A DNA stretch of 59,782 nt, counting the filler, from Sphacelaria rigidula (Eukaryota), in the NCBI GenBank assembly GCA_964200075.2. It is 10 parts of 10 records of this genome, joined end to end, with 100 filler letters (N's around TTAATTAATTAA, not from the genome) between each part and the next. Parts side by side here need not be neighbours in the genome. Positions count along the whole stretch, not along the records: positions 11,979 to 17,866 come from CAXNAA020023710.1; positions 17,967 to 23,854 come from CAXNAA020023711.1; positions 23,955 to 29,842 come from CAXNAA020023712.1; 7 more parts are not named here. One strand, given 5' to 3'. Positions 11,979 to 24,652 of the stretch are shown here, piece by piece (the stretch's first letter is position 1; each line of letters starts with the position of its first letter). Below the pieces are notes generated by a model. The model was not told the origin of the DNA. It searched no databases and saw only the letters and a program-made list of their open reading frames with translations. Made by a program: the position numbers and the translations under genes.

Positions 11979-14900
11979 AATCCTCCGGGTTCTCATCCTC
12001 AATGAAAAGCACCATCCTCAACATAGATGATCGGCTGTTATAACGAGATGAAGACGCTGAATGATAGAGCACAAAAGCCGAAGATGCAATATACATGGGC
12101 TGGGGAATGCAAAGGGAAAAGGCAGAAAACTCCATTCTTGACTAAATAGTGGAAGAATATGGAAATGGTGAGGAAATGGAAGTGCGTGTGCGCACAGAGG
12201 ACGCGGGGACTACAAATCATTGCCTAGTATGGACAGACAGCCAACAGACGAGAGCTATAAAAAAAATAGATGGGGTAGGACGTCGCACAAATGGAGAATA
12301 TACGAACTAAAAATAGAAGAAAAACAGCAAGAGGTTCAGGAAGAGATGGCCATAAATGCAGTGAAATTCTCCTAGCTGTTGGAAAGCATAGGTACAGTCA
12401 ATACTGAAATGGAAAGGGATCGAGCAGGAACGAAGATTAAAGGAGGATGGGAGCAGTTGGCCTGGAACGCAGCAAGTAAAATTCATAGGAAAGAAATTAA
12501 TCATATGCAACAGGGCAGTAAAATGGTAGGATGAGGAAGTAAACGAGGCTATATGCGAAAGGCGAGAGGCACACGCAAGATATATCACGAGTAAAGCTGC
12601 GGTAGGATGGGAGGGGTATGCTAGAGCTAAAAAGGAGGCAAGAAAGATGGTTGAAAAGAAAAGAAGGAAGTATGGAAAGACGTGGTGAAAAAAACAAATG
12701 GAGATTTCGATGACGGGATGAAAAAATGTGGGTACTATAGGGATAAAAGGGATCACGGGAAGCCTAGCAGGAAAGATAGGTAAGGGGATAACCACACTAC
12801 GGGCACAGAACGGTAAAATGATCAGTAGTTCGAGGGGGAAGAGAGAAGTACTAGCGGGGCACCACAGGAAACTGGGGACACCAACAACTGACGAGAGGTT
12901 CGACGCGAGATTCGAGAAAAAGATTGATGCGTGGGCAGAGGCAAATGTGGAGGCGTCCAAACGGGAAGATAGTGGCTCGAAAGAATTGCAAAGAAATTTC
13001 ACAAGAGAAGAAGTGAAGGAGTTTATAGCTAACCTCAACAACAGAAAGGCAGCAGGGGCAGACGAAATAGTGAACGAATTACTAAAGTACGGGGGAGAGG
13101 GAATGATCGCTATGCTCGTTGTCGCCGTATAATTGGATACATGGGGAAACTACAATAGTACACACTTAAGAGGTTGAGAGAAGGAGTAACAGTAAACCTT
13201 CCCAAGAAAAGAGACAAGGCTGATCCAGGGAAATATAGAGGGATAACGCTGCTGAGCACCGTAGGAAAAACATTATGTAAGATTCTGAGTAATAGAGTGA
13301 GAACGATGCAAGAGGAGAAAATCAGCGAAGAGCAAGCAGGATTCAGACCGAAACGTAGCCGCGTAAACCATGTGTACACATGAGATAATATCATTCACGG
13401 TAGGAAAGACGCCAGGCTAATAACGTACCGTTTCCCTCTAGACGTACAGAAGGCCTATGGCACAGTATGGACAAATGGGCTGTGGCAAAGATATGGGAAG
13501 CTGGCACTGGAGAAGAGTGAAGAGAACAGTGAAGAAGACGACAGAATACACCAAAGGTGCTACGTTGCTAGGCGGGGAAATATCGAAATATTTTCATATC
13601 TTACAAGGAGTTGTACAGAGATGTACTTTATTGCTCACTCCATTCAAGGTATTTATTGATGACCTGACACTTGCAATATTCGCAGCAAAGTAAGGAGTCA
13701 AGGTGGGGGAAGATACGGTATCAGGATTGATGTTCCCGGATTTTTCCGTGGGGATATCAGAAACAGCACAAGGATTGCAAAAACAAACAGAAAAGGCGCC
13801 ACAATACACTAGGAAATGGCAAGTGCCAGCTAGCGTCAACAATTACGCGGTACTCGTACGTAACGAAGGTGAAAAAAATCCGGTAGAGTTCCAATGGTAG
13901 TAGGGAGAAAAAGAACTGCCGATCGTAGACCAGTATACATACCTTGGCGCAGAGATCTGAAAAAACTGTTCATGCGATGCACACATTTAAAAAGCGATAG
14001 AAAAGGGTAAGGCACAAATAGGCAAGATGGACGTGATCCTCCGAGACTCGCAGCCAGATGCTAGGATTAAGACATGTGTCTTGATGAATGTGATTGTACC
14101 AAAGCTGGAATATGCAGGAGAAGTATGGGAGGGGAACACGAAGTCGGTGAAAAATTTGAAAACAATACAGATGACAGCTGAGAAAATACTTGGATGCTCG
14201 ATAACCACGACTAAATTAGTAATATAGCATTGAGAGCAGAATTGGGAATGTACCCACTTGAAACAGACAGAGACATGAAGAAATTGAAAGGGCAATCTAG
14301 CGTAAAGAAGGTGCAGATAAAGAGATTGCCAGCCATACTTCATAGGGCCGTGCGGAAGAAATTGACGGAAGGGCAGGCAAGAATAAGGTGGGATAGCGTA
14401 GTCGAGAAAGTATAGGAGGTGGGAGGAAAATAAGACGAGATAATGTCCGTAGGTGAAGGCGGGGGGTACAAGAAAAAAGTAGAAGACATTATAGAAATAA
14501 GGGACAAACAATCACTGAGACGGAAAGTAGACGAGGGAGAGCACCTGAAGATACACAGCGGGTTGACAGAGGGGACAGGGATAAAACAAAATCTGCATTA
14601 CCCAATATACTCCGCGAAAACAATGAAACTGCGATTTCGAGTGGGGGACCTGGACCGCTGCCAGAGAAGAAGGAAGAGATATGCCAGTAGTCGAGTGGAG
14701 GAGGACGTAGATGCATGGAATTGCCCCTGTGCAAAGCAGTAGAGAATAGAACTCATATAGTGGCAGAATGTGAACTATACAAGGAGGAACGGGACGTGCT
14801 AGAGAGGGGATTGGAGGAAGTAAACGAAGGTGACATGGAATCGTTTGATTCATTAGACAGTAGGGAAAAAACGATGGCTATGCTAGGGGGTAGATGGTGG

Positions 14901-15070
14901 CCACAGACGGCGAAATAAGACGGGGATAAGACATATAAAGGGTTTCGGTGTGGTGTATGGAACAAGCACAATGAGCACCAAAATGCTGGAGGGTCTCTAC
15001 TAGGAGTAGGAACGGTGTTCCGCCTCGAAAGGGATGCGTGGTCAATGTTCAAACGACTACGGCAAGCTGA
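11979..15070 (+). mobile_element. Decayed non-LTR retrotransposon (LINE ORF2: RT plus C-terminal CCHC finger; RTEX-like)
   Basis: KAAGADEIVNELLKYGG, KYRGITLLSTVGK, ISEEQAGFRP, LDVQKAY, GVVQRCTL...FIDDL, SGLMFPD (FADD position), YTYLG, PKLEYAGEVW, RAELG, CPC...ENRTHIVAECELY; multiple stops; 5' end cut by contig edge; clade call tentative. Confidence 0.9.
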
Positions 15071-15244
15071 AAATTCGTACCCCTCCCATCCCCCACAGAA
15101 GGATAGCTCTGCTGATGTTGTCGGGCATATGTTTCGTTTAACCGGATAGATAGCATGGGCAAAGTAGGTTCGACAGCGTTTCGCTAGAAGCTCGAGTTTG
15201 TTTTTATTCCGTTCAAGCACTGCATATACATGTAGCAAGAAACA

Positions 15245-16200
15245 CCCCTGGAGCGCGTGCTACGCGGATGACGCAGGCGTAGTCTGGAGATCCCTGAGCG
15301 GGTTAGCGAGGATGACGATTGCGGGGGTGGCGGTCCGTCAGCAGTTCGAACCAACGGAATTGGAGAACAAGACAGAGGCCATGCGTCTATGGTCGGTAAC
15401 TCGCTTCACAATGACGCACTGCACGCCGAGGCGTCAAGCCGACGGTACAAGCCGACGGTCTAACTTGTCTGCCTTGACGGTGCTACCAGAAAATACGCGA
15501 ATGCTTCCATCGGAAACACGCGACGCATCAACGCCGCATTGGTTTTTCTCCAGAGCCATATATATCCCAGCTCTACGATCGGCCCAATGCTCAGCTGCAT
15601 CGATCAAAATTCCGTTTGTTCAAAGCGATGGTGGTGGCAGCTATGCTGTACGGGTGTGCTACGTGGACGCAGTGCTCAAAGGATTTCGACAGCCTGCGCA
15701 CTGCCACCACAGCGCTTCCTTCAGCAGTGAGTCGACTCCTGCAGGAAGAATCGCAGTGAAAACAATATCCTTCGATGGAGAGCTGTGCTCGAGATCACCA
15801 AATGCGAATGTATCGAGACGACCACCCGCAAGCAGCAACTCTGGTTCGCGGGAAACTCTGTTCCCGCCGGACGAAACACGTCTCCCGAAGCATATCATGT
15901 TTTGACCGTTGATCGCAAAAAAGCCCAGATCTGGCCGGCCTTCGGCAAGCGAGGGATCTTCCAGGAAACCTGCGTGTCCTAGGAGCTATCCCTCGTAAGC
16001 GATAGCGAAGAAAGTCGTCCGTGTGTGATGTGGAGATCTAGGACTCGACATATCGGTTCACTGGCGCTACAAAAGGGGGCTGGAGGGCACGTGAGGGTCA
16101 AAAAAGAGGCAGAGGAGTTTGGAGAGGCGTGGCGACGCGAACACCCCCGACAAGGCGATCTAGTTGCAAACAATGCGTTGTTGCGTCAAGACCCGCAATA
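15245..16200 (+). mobile_element. 5'-truncated RTE-clade LINE fragment
   Basis: YADDAGVV..S..GLARM...KTEAM, IETTTRKQQLWFAG, RLPKHIMF; frameshifted; 3' end approximate. Confidence 0.8.
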
Positions 16201-16344
16201 AGGTCAGCCGCCGCCGATATTCAAAACTTACAGCAGCAGCAGCAACAGCCCGTGAGGAATGCAAGAGGAATGATCGAGACAACGACCCGCTGTGTACCTG
16301 ACGTGGGATGAGCGAGGGGAAGTACTAGTCTTGCATTCTCGTAC

Positions 16345-17283
16345 ATCATACAATATCCATCTGCGGCATGGATATCCACCTGGCATATGGATATCCATCC
16401 GGGATGTGGACACTCGCATCCATCTGGGATGTCACATCCACATGGGACATCTGTGTACGATATCCATATGAGGCAACCATCTGCGATATACAACTGATGA
16501 CCACTTGCACCTGGGATATCTATGAAAATACATCTGGGGCCTCGCATCCATCTAGGATGGCTATCTGGGATGTCAGACGCACCTGGGATATCCTTCTGGC
16601 ATATGCAAGCTGAATCGTTCTCGTCGATCAAAAATCCATTTGTGAAGTAGATACCGTATAACAATGATTTCGTGAGATTGGGAGTAGAAGATACGATTGA
16701 GAGTGAAAAGCGGTCAATAAGTGGATGATTCGTTTCAGTTCCGAAATACCCCTCCGCAAGGCCCGATATGCGTTCTGCAGTAGCTTGCCACTGAGGCCCT
16801 TGATATCCCTGAGTAGGATATCGAGGTGTAGCTGAAATCACACGCTAGTGATAGAGGCAAAGAAAAGCACACACGGGATAAAAAAATGGCCAAGTTAGAG
16901 CGAATGGCCAAAGCCACTCTCAATCAGCGCTCTACTCTCCATCTCACGAAAACGTTGTTGTATGTGTTGATCGGACATTCGGCGTCGAACGTTGAAGTGG
17001 AGGCGAAGACAGCCAATACACTGCAAACGTTTAAATTTTGAGTAAGGAATAGCGGTTTATAGAATAAAGGGACCACTCTTTCTTGCAGGGGCTCAGGGTT
17101 AGGGTAAGGGGTCAGGGTTGGGCGAATACCCCTGTCTCAGGTAGATTTTTACGTGGAATATCTCAGGTTCAGATGGACATTCCAGATGGATCTGATATCC
17201 CAGATGAACATCCCCCATGAACATCTCAGATGGATATTTCAGACGGATACTTCAGATGGATATCCATCCCTCAGGCAGATGTG
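16345..17283. repeat. Foldback-like element of GATATC/CATCTG-rich short units; arms at 16345-16600 and 17155-17283
   Basis: Left arm repeats CATCTGGGATATC, right arm repeats the reverse complement GATATCCCAGATG; compact copy at 48100-48295. Confidence 0.6.
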
Positions 17284-17284
17284 C

Positions 17285-17425
17285 ATACGTCGGACGAGCA
17301 CGAGTGTCACTCGTGGCACTCGCACCCGTTGGGCTGCTCGTTGGCCGAAAAATTAATAGGGCGAGCACTCGAGTCATCGCTCGTTGTGGAAACAAATGAA
17401 TAGGACGAGCTCTCGAGTTATTGCT
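17285..17425 (+). repeat. Transposon-end fragment (CATACGTCGGAC terminus plus CTCGAG-containing subterminal units); second copy at 17813-17866
   Basis: CATACGTCGGACGAGCACGAGTGTCACTCGTGGCACTCGCAC duplicated exactly; related array at 48797-49045. Confidence 0.6.
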
Positions 17426-17866
17426 GTACAGCGGTCGGTGTTGCAGCTAAGTGTGGCGCATGCAAGAGTAATAGGTCGCCTCTTCCGCTATAATTCCTGC
17501 CTGTATCTTGAGCGGAGCTGTATGGTAGCACAGCCGCTATGGGGCGCAAGCCGGCTGTAACAATTCATACCGCGTGGAGATTTCTACACTGTCTTGAAGT
17601 CATACTGCGCGCAGCTCCCACTTGTGCACGTCGCGGAAGGCAATAGCTTCCATACTGTGCACAGTACATGCTTTTTAAATTGTATACGGGTACTGACTGT
17701 AGAAATCTCTCGTCTAGGGTGTAATACATTTCGATACATATCAGGCGGTGAGATCGTCAAATAATCCACAGCACATGGCCGAAGTGGGAGTCAGGTAATC
17801 ACCGAAATATTCCATACGTCGGACGAGCACGAGTGTCACTCGTGGCACTCGCACTCATTGAGCTGC

Positions 17867-17966
17867 NNNNNNNNNNNNNNNNNNNNNNNNNNNNNNNNNN
17901 NNNNNNNNNNTTAATTAATTAANNNNNNNNNNNNNNNNNNNNNNNNNNNNNNNNNNNNNNNNNNNN
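17867..17966. other. Artificial contig linker
   Basis: Same spacer. Confidence 0.99.
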
Positions 17967-18311
17967 TTTGTGGGGGGGGGGGGTAAATGGTTCTTAGACG
18001 TTGGCATGCAAAACCCTGCCCCCCCCCCCCCCCCCCGCCCTCCGGGCACACTTTTGAGGCACTCATAAAGCTAGCTGCACAACCAAAAGTTGGGAGTTTG
18101 AAAATGTCCACGACTAGTATATTTCACACCCTGGACAAGATGTGATCAACGGTTGCAGTAGAAAAAATTGCACTGCGTCAAGTATAGCCCTATTGCAACT
18201 ATTTTGACCACATATAGTCCGGGGTAAGGTATATTTCCATGGCATGCTATCGCGTAGACGGGACGGTCGTCGCGCGAAGTGGGATGCTACGCCGAGGTTG
18301 CGGCCCTAGGT

Positions 18312-18347
<36 letters not shown>

Positions 18348-20291
18348 GGGGATGACTTTCAGTGCGACATACGATACGGAGCTTGGGTGAACTGCTGACA
18401 CAGGCTCCGACGAAAAGGAGCGAAATCAGCCGCCGCGCGGTGCATACGGGCGTGCTCGACCTGCTGGTGTTTGCCCGGCTATCCGGTGTGACGGGGAATA
18501 GCACCCTAGGTGGTAAAATGAGTATTTTAAAACCTGATTTGGTACGAGAACAACGTGGGTTCGTTGGCAATATCTCCACAAGCAAGATCGCTCGGAAGTG
18601 CAGGGTCTCGTCGTTTGAGAAATGTGAGGTTGCACAATGCATCAGAGCAAGTGATTCATTTCGAGCAAAACTCATGGCAGAAACCAAAAGATGCATGCAC
18701 CAAGAGAACTGAGAGGATTCTATTGACTCGTCCTCTTCAAAAGTCATGCTTGTACGCCAACATTTTAATGTTGTACCGTACTTTCTGTGTGTCCTCTCCT
18801 TCATGCCGAACAACGATTGATGCAACATAATAGAATGAAACGATCAAAACTCAAATGGCGTTATTCGATGTTTTTACGCGAACCACGAACATTTGTGCAA
18901 ATATAGGTGGGTGTGAGAGGGCAAAGTCGTTTCCGTGCTGAAGGATACACAAGGCCACGCCACTTTCCAGCCATGATGCCTGTCCAGACTCTGTGGGTTT
19001 GAAATGGATACAAAAGCTAGGGCAACAACAATTATTGCCTGAAAATCTATCGATTGCCAAGAAATTTACTGTGAGCTACGTTGTCCGCCTGTCTCTCACC
19101 ATGTTGACGGTAACCTTGGATTGCTACAGCTTTGTATCCCAGCCCACGGAACGTGGATCAAGATAGTTTATACCCGCGGTGGGCGTTGTTTTTCAACGCC
19201 ATATTTGATGAATAATAAGGATAGCTCCCGTAGGTGGGAAGTAGACCTGATCGGGTCGCAGGTACAGTATCCTGTTAGAGTAGATATGAGCATCGCGCTG
19301 TTATATTTATAAAAAATTACTCGTGATAAACGAGAAGATTTTGTGTATATGGGTGTGTTCCCACTTGATATTCTTCTCCTTGTTTACTATGCTGTTTATG
19401 GCTCACGGGTCTGAACGTGGTGTAAGCCTTGTGCTGTCCGTGAGCTGCACCAGTCCTTTCAGCTAGGGCACGCGGCATAAACTGGGGAAGGATGTGGAGA
19501 GTTCTAGGAAATGCAAGCCTCGATGAAGCTGCGGCGGCGCCTCGTCCACAGCCGCAGCGTCGGTCCAGTGCGTCGGGAACGTCAAAATCAAATTCAAACA
19601 CCGGGTATGCTCCCAACTGCCTGTTGAACAAGATTGTATCTCCAGTCTAGCCCTAGGTACGGTAGCGGTTGTTCTAATCTTCGAGGCGCTGAACGGTACA
19701 CACACGGGGCTCTGTTATCCTTCTATCGGTTGGTTTGTGATCATGTACCGCAGAAGATCACGATGAAAGGGTGACGCCCAAGCGAAAGGCCGCGGATCCA
19801 ACTCACCAAACAAATTCACTATTGCAGTCAGACACAGAACGCAGAACATACTGCCTACATTTTATGGTGGAGTATAACACCCCCCCCCCCTTCCCGTTTG
19901 AAGATATTGGGTGTATCATTACCCCCACCCAACCCACCCAACCCCCGAGATATGGCGTGTCTGGAAACTCAATATATTTCACCGACATATTTTCAAGCGA
20001 AGAAACATCTCGGCAGCGCGACCAGCACAGTTTTCCGAGACAAATAAGCGGCCGAAAAGTGTGTCCCTGATAACAAGACGGGGTGGTACATGTGACACTT
20101 GTCTCCCACCCCCGTTCACCCCCCCATCCCGCTACAGGATAAGGAGTAGGTACGATAATATCGAAGCACACCAAGGTTTGAAGCACAGTCTCGTGGGGGA
20201 GAGGGGAGGCAGGGGTGGTAAAGAGTGAAGTCATGGTGGGGCTTGTGCGAGAAACTTATGGATTATATATCCAAGTTGTGTAGGTGATGCT

Positions 20292-20641
20292 CATACCCTG
20301 CCGATACCGGTCCAATCGGGTATTTTCAAATGTCATACCTACGATACCCACGATACCACGGTATTTCGAGCTACCAGTACCTACCGTACCCGCCCAATCG
20401 GGTGTTTTCATATGTCGTACCTGCGATACCTACGATACCACGGTATTCCGAGATACTAATACCTACCATACCCGCTCAATCAGGTATTTTCAAAACTCAT
20501 ACCTACAATACCTACAATACCACGGTATTTTGAGATTTTAATACCTACTGTACCCGCTCAATCAGGTATTTTCAAAACTCATACTCACGATACCCACGCA
20601 CACCCCGGTGTGGGATACCTCGGTAAATACCGGGGGGTATA
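20292..20641 (+). repeat. 82-bp tandem repeat array, ~4 units
   Basis: Unit starts TACC(C/G)G..CAATC at 20305, 20387, 20469, 20551. Confidence 0.85.
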
Positions 20642-21696
20642 CCCAATAATACCGGACGCGATGCACTCCCCACGGCGCAGCAGCTGGCCCCAACTTATTA
20701 TGCAAAGGCCAGAAATTTTCGGACCAGGTACGTCTTGTTTTCACAAGTAATATATACCTAGCTCCCCCCTGATTCTCGTGTTTGGATCAATTTGAATGAA
20801 CTCAGTATTATGTAGTCTGAAGTGCGGTGGATTGTTTTTCTCGATTCGATAGGTCCACCGAATTTCTGTTCTCAGAAGGCTTCAACTCCAATTTGTAATT
20901 AGTGGCGCGCGGAGAAAAACTACGAAACATAAAAGCTAAGCTTTTTCGATCGAAAACGTGCGGTCGAAAGGCACGAAGCGGCACTTGACTCGTATCTCAC
21001 AGACCACCACGCCAGATAACACCCGTTCACAGAATCGTGCTAACTCCATCCAATTCATTCTCAGCTACCACTGCAACTCCGCAGCATCGAGTACGAGTTG
21101 AGCACAGGGATATATATGCTGCAGTAGTTGGGTATGCTTTGTTTACTTTTTGTTCGCGAAAACTTGCGCATCTTCTTTCATGGTGGGGATCAGCGACGGA
21201 ACTGCGTGGTACGGTGGGCAATCGAGTTGCGTACATGCTCATGGACAGTGCAGGCAGTACAAAGCTGCACGTTGTTGAAGTCGTTTTTTTGCACGTCGCA
21301 TTGTCAGCAGAGAGAACTGATAGTCCTGGGCTGTCTGCACTGTACGTTGCCCGCTTCTCTTGAAAATCCTACAGTACGAAACACGCACACACGCACTCGA
21401 GACACACTGCTTGCAAGCAAATGCAGACCCTACAGACCGTCTGTACTGTACACGAATGACCATGGAATATTTCACGAATTTCACTGTCTTCTTCGATCGG
21501 AAGCTTGAAACTTCGATTGGACCCAACTTGAAAAAATGTGTGATTTTCGCTGAAATCAATTTCACCGCCACATTTTTTCGATATTCATTTTTTTGTCAAG
21601 ACACGCCCTGAATTGCTTCTCCGCACTGCCGGATGACAGTTTTGCATTCGGTGAAGAGGGTAAGGCAGGCACCCGGTAATGATAATTCGAACATCT

Positions 21697-22033
21697 CATA
21701 CCCTACCGTACCCGTTCGATGGGGTATTTTCAAAACTCATACCTGCGATACCCACGACACCACGGTATTTCGAGGTACCAGTACCTACCGTACCTGCCCA
21801 ATCGGGCATTTTCATATGTCATACCTATGATACCTACGATACCACGGTATTTCGAGATAACAATACGGCTTACCGTACCCGCTCAATCAGGTATTTCCAA
21901 AACTCATACCTACGATACCTAAGATACCACGGTGTTTCGAGATACCAATACCTACCGTACCCGCTCAATCAGGTATTTTCAAAACTCATACCAACGATAC
22001 CCACGCATACCGCGGTCTGATACCGGGGGTACG
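21697..22033 (+). repeat. Second array of the same 82-bp unit, ~4 units
   Basis: Unit starts at 21709, 21791, 21876, 21958; same end motif TACCGGGGG(G)TA as the first array. Confidence 0.85.
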
Positions 22034-22364
22034 CTCGGCACGGCATCTTACCTACGGTTCCTGTGAAATATACATGTCAAGAATAAAAAACTCAATCAGT
22101 TACCGTCATGTTTGCGTTCCAGTGAAATGCCCGATGGTTCAAATGCCAATCTCGTGAAAGAAAGGGTTGAAGAAGTCACTGTAGAGCTTGTGCGAGAAGC
22201 TGACATGTACACTGGTAAAACGCTGTGCATTAAACAACCCCCCTTTGTGTTTCTGTAAAGCGAAATATATATATATATATATATTTCCTTGAAGGAAGGA
22301 GGTAACCTCACGCAACACTCACCCCGCGAATGGGTTCGTGTGTTCATTACCCAGAGGCTCGGCT

Positions 22365-22690
22365 AGACCGCCTCGCGGCAGTCATGTGGGGTAGGCGTCT
22401 CGAGCGTTCGGAAAGCTTTGTTCAAGGTAGTGTGGAGGTCGAACCCACTCAATCCCCTCGTCAATTTGTCGTAGCGCACGCGTCGCCCTACTCTTATGAG
22501 CTTCGGCCGTAGAGCTGTTGTACAACAGTGCACAAGGAAGGTGGAGTACAAACACACAAAAAAAAAAGACAAAAACTCCTGTGTTGACCTTGCTCCTGTG
22601 TGACCCCGGCTGGTGCGCCCACATATATATACCGAAAGGTGTAGACCGGCGTCCAGAATAAATGAGACAACACACAACACACACATACAT
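22365..22690 (+). mobile_element. Probable SINE (B-box-like head, AATAAA plus ACAC-rich tail)
   Basis: GGTCGAACCC B-box-like motif near 22436; tail GTAGAC.GG.G.CCAGAATAAATG.GAC..ACAACACAC also at 23955-24025 on another contig. Confidence 0.5.
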
Positions 22691-22751
22691 TCTCCACCCA
22701 GAGACATACTACTCAGCGCTCCTCCCCCCCCCCCCCCCCCAAAAAAAAAAA

Positions 22752-22803
22752 GTGCTCCGTCTCGAAAGGCGTGCGTGGTCAATGGTCAAACGATAAGGCA
22801 AGC
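22752..22803 (+). repeat. 3'-end fragment of the LINE family seen at 11979-15070
   Basis: CTCGAAAGG..TGCGTGGTCAATG.TCAAACGA..A.GGCAAGC matches 15015-15067. Confidence 0.7.
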
Positions 22804-23157
22804 AACAAATGAGTACACCGCCCCCCTGCTCGAAATTCCGTCCACGTGACGCCCAGTCACGGATCTGGGTCGTGCAAGGGGGCTCGAGTTCCCCGTCTGT
22901 CCCTGAAGCTCCCATCTACAATGTACACAGCCGATCAGGTAGAACAGTATGTTTTTTCAAGCATGTGATGTACATTGTGTTTTTTGTACAAAAGCGAAAC
23001 ATCGTTCCTGCATGCGCAATTGTTGTCGTTCAGTACATGCATGTGCGTGTCGCTGCTGTTGCGTCGCTTTCCCGTATTTCCCCCGCACTCTCGCCACACA
23101 CACTCCACCCAAACATGCACACAACGCCCGACGATGCGGCAACACCACCAACAACAG

Positions 23158-23572
23158 ACAGCACGCCGGATCTCCAGCGGCACGACCGCATGCTAAACCA
23201 CAGCCGAGCGGGTCCTCCAACGCCAACACCATCGTCATCTGCGATGGAAAGTACCGCATCACGGGGGTCATGCGGAAGGGAGCTACGGGCGTTTTGTACT
23301 CGGCCGTACAACTGCAGCCGCAGTCCGTTTGGACGCCGGCGACACCGGGACAAGGACCGACGCCTTTGGATGTCGTCGGACACGACGATAACGATGTTGG
23401 CGGCGGTGCTACAGCCCATCGAAGCAATGACGGTGGTGACCGAGCTCATCGTGCCGGAGACGGAGATGGACGAAAGGGCGGCGCAGCCACGGCGACGGGT
23501 GCGGTGGGCCCGGCAGTGCTGAAGGTGGAGGAGTGCGCCGCGCCTAAGCGCCAGATGCAAAACGAATGGCAG
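23158..23572 (+). CDS. Probable internal exon: protein kinase N-lobe (casein kinase 1-like subdomains I-III)
   Basis: ICDGKYRITGVMRKGATGVLYSA...AVLKVEECAAPKRQMQNEWQ; AC-rich acceptor ...AACAACAG (alternative AG ending at 23161); phase-0 donor CAG|GTCGGT at 23573; GC-rich and stop-free. Confidence 0.65.
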
Positions 23573-23854
23573 GTCGGTGGGTGGGTGACGTCTGTGGGGT
23601 TGGGGGCGGCGGACAGCGGGCGGGCGGGAGTAGCGACTCTGTTCGGAAGATATTATAGTGGGTGGTATCACCTCCACTCGTGTTCCGCTTTTTGTCGTGG
23701 GTTTCGAAGGAGCCACGATGAGGACGACGCCGCTCTCGCTTTTTCGTACATACACTGCACCCACCGTGTATATCATGCCTTGCCGCTCGGAGTCCACGTA
23801 CGCACACACGTTTTTTTTTCTGCCTTGTCTCTCTTTCCTTGTTTTTTTTTTTTT

Positions 23855-23954
23855 NNNNNNNNNNNNNNNNNNNNNNNNNNNNNNNNNNNNNNNNNNNNTT
23901 AATTAATTAANNNNNNNNNNNNNNNNNNNNNNNNNNNNNNNNNNNNNNNNNNNN
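23855..23954. other. Artificial contig linker
   Basis: Same spacer. Confidence 0.99.
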
Positions 23955-24069
23955 CACCCACATACACCGAAAGATGTAGACTGGTGCCCAGAATAAATGG
24001 GACGACAACACACAACACACACAAACAGGAAGCATGATCGAGATGAACTCCCCTCGCGGTCTAAGGGTA

Positions 24070-24652
24070 CGAGCTGGGCCAGCGATGCACGGCGTGATAT
24101 TAGGAGTTGGACGCTGAAATTTTGACAGCAGCTTTTCATGATCAAAATGCAGGAGATCACATGAGCAGCAAATAAAAAATAAAAAATATGGAACGTATGG
24201 GGATTCAAAATTTTAGCAAAAACAAGATAATGGCGCAAGTCCAGGGATAAAATGAGAATCTGCAGCTTCTCACGTGATGTATCATTTCCTTGGGTGCAGA
24301 AGGTCTTCTTCCTGAAATTTCAGCTGAAGAGTCGTCGAATTGGGCCGTGCGTGCAACATTTTGCGTGACGCTGCTGCCTCGCTATAATTCAAGTGGTGGG
24401 AGACTCCAATGATGGAGGTCATGAGAGTTCGAATCCCGACATATTCTCTATTTTTCTTCGTCCGTCGTTGAGGTCATATGTTATGCAGTACCTGGTACTT
24501 TTTTTTCATTTTTTTTGTCATTCAGCGGCGGTGCCGTGTGTTCCCAGGTCGGTCTGCCCTTCATAGTGATATGCTTTCATCGGGTTGATTCGGGAAACGG
24601 GGGAAGCTGTGGTGTGAGCAACTTTTGGCAGCTTTGAAGCTGGCCCGGCTCG
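24070..24652. mobile_element. Tc1/mariner-type MITE with TA TSD
   Basis: TA|CGAGCTGGGCCAGC ... GCTGGCCCGGCTCG|TA; right-end 70 bp recurs at 47907-47979. Confidence 0.75.
24378..24440 (+). promoter_or_regulatory. tRNA-like Pol III promoter (A-box and B-box) inside the MITE
   Basis: TAATTCAAGTGG (24385) and AGTTCGAATCC (24426) at near-tRNA spacing, with a CTCCA/TGGAG hairpin between; T-run downstream. Confidence 0.45.

Noticed and set aside
12307..13041. 244-aa minus-strand ORF and other long antisense ORFs (23030-23809, 39937-40386)
   Set aside because: Shadows of coding sequence on the opposite strand
20292..22033. 82-bp arrays as CRISPR or as repeat-protein genes (ORFs 20284-20541, 21679-22020)
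   Set aside because: No spacers; the ORFs arise in several frames simply from the repeat
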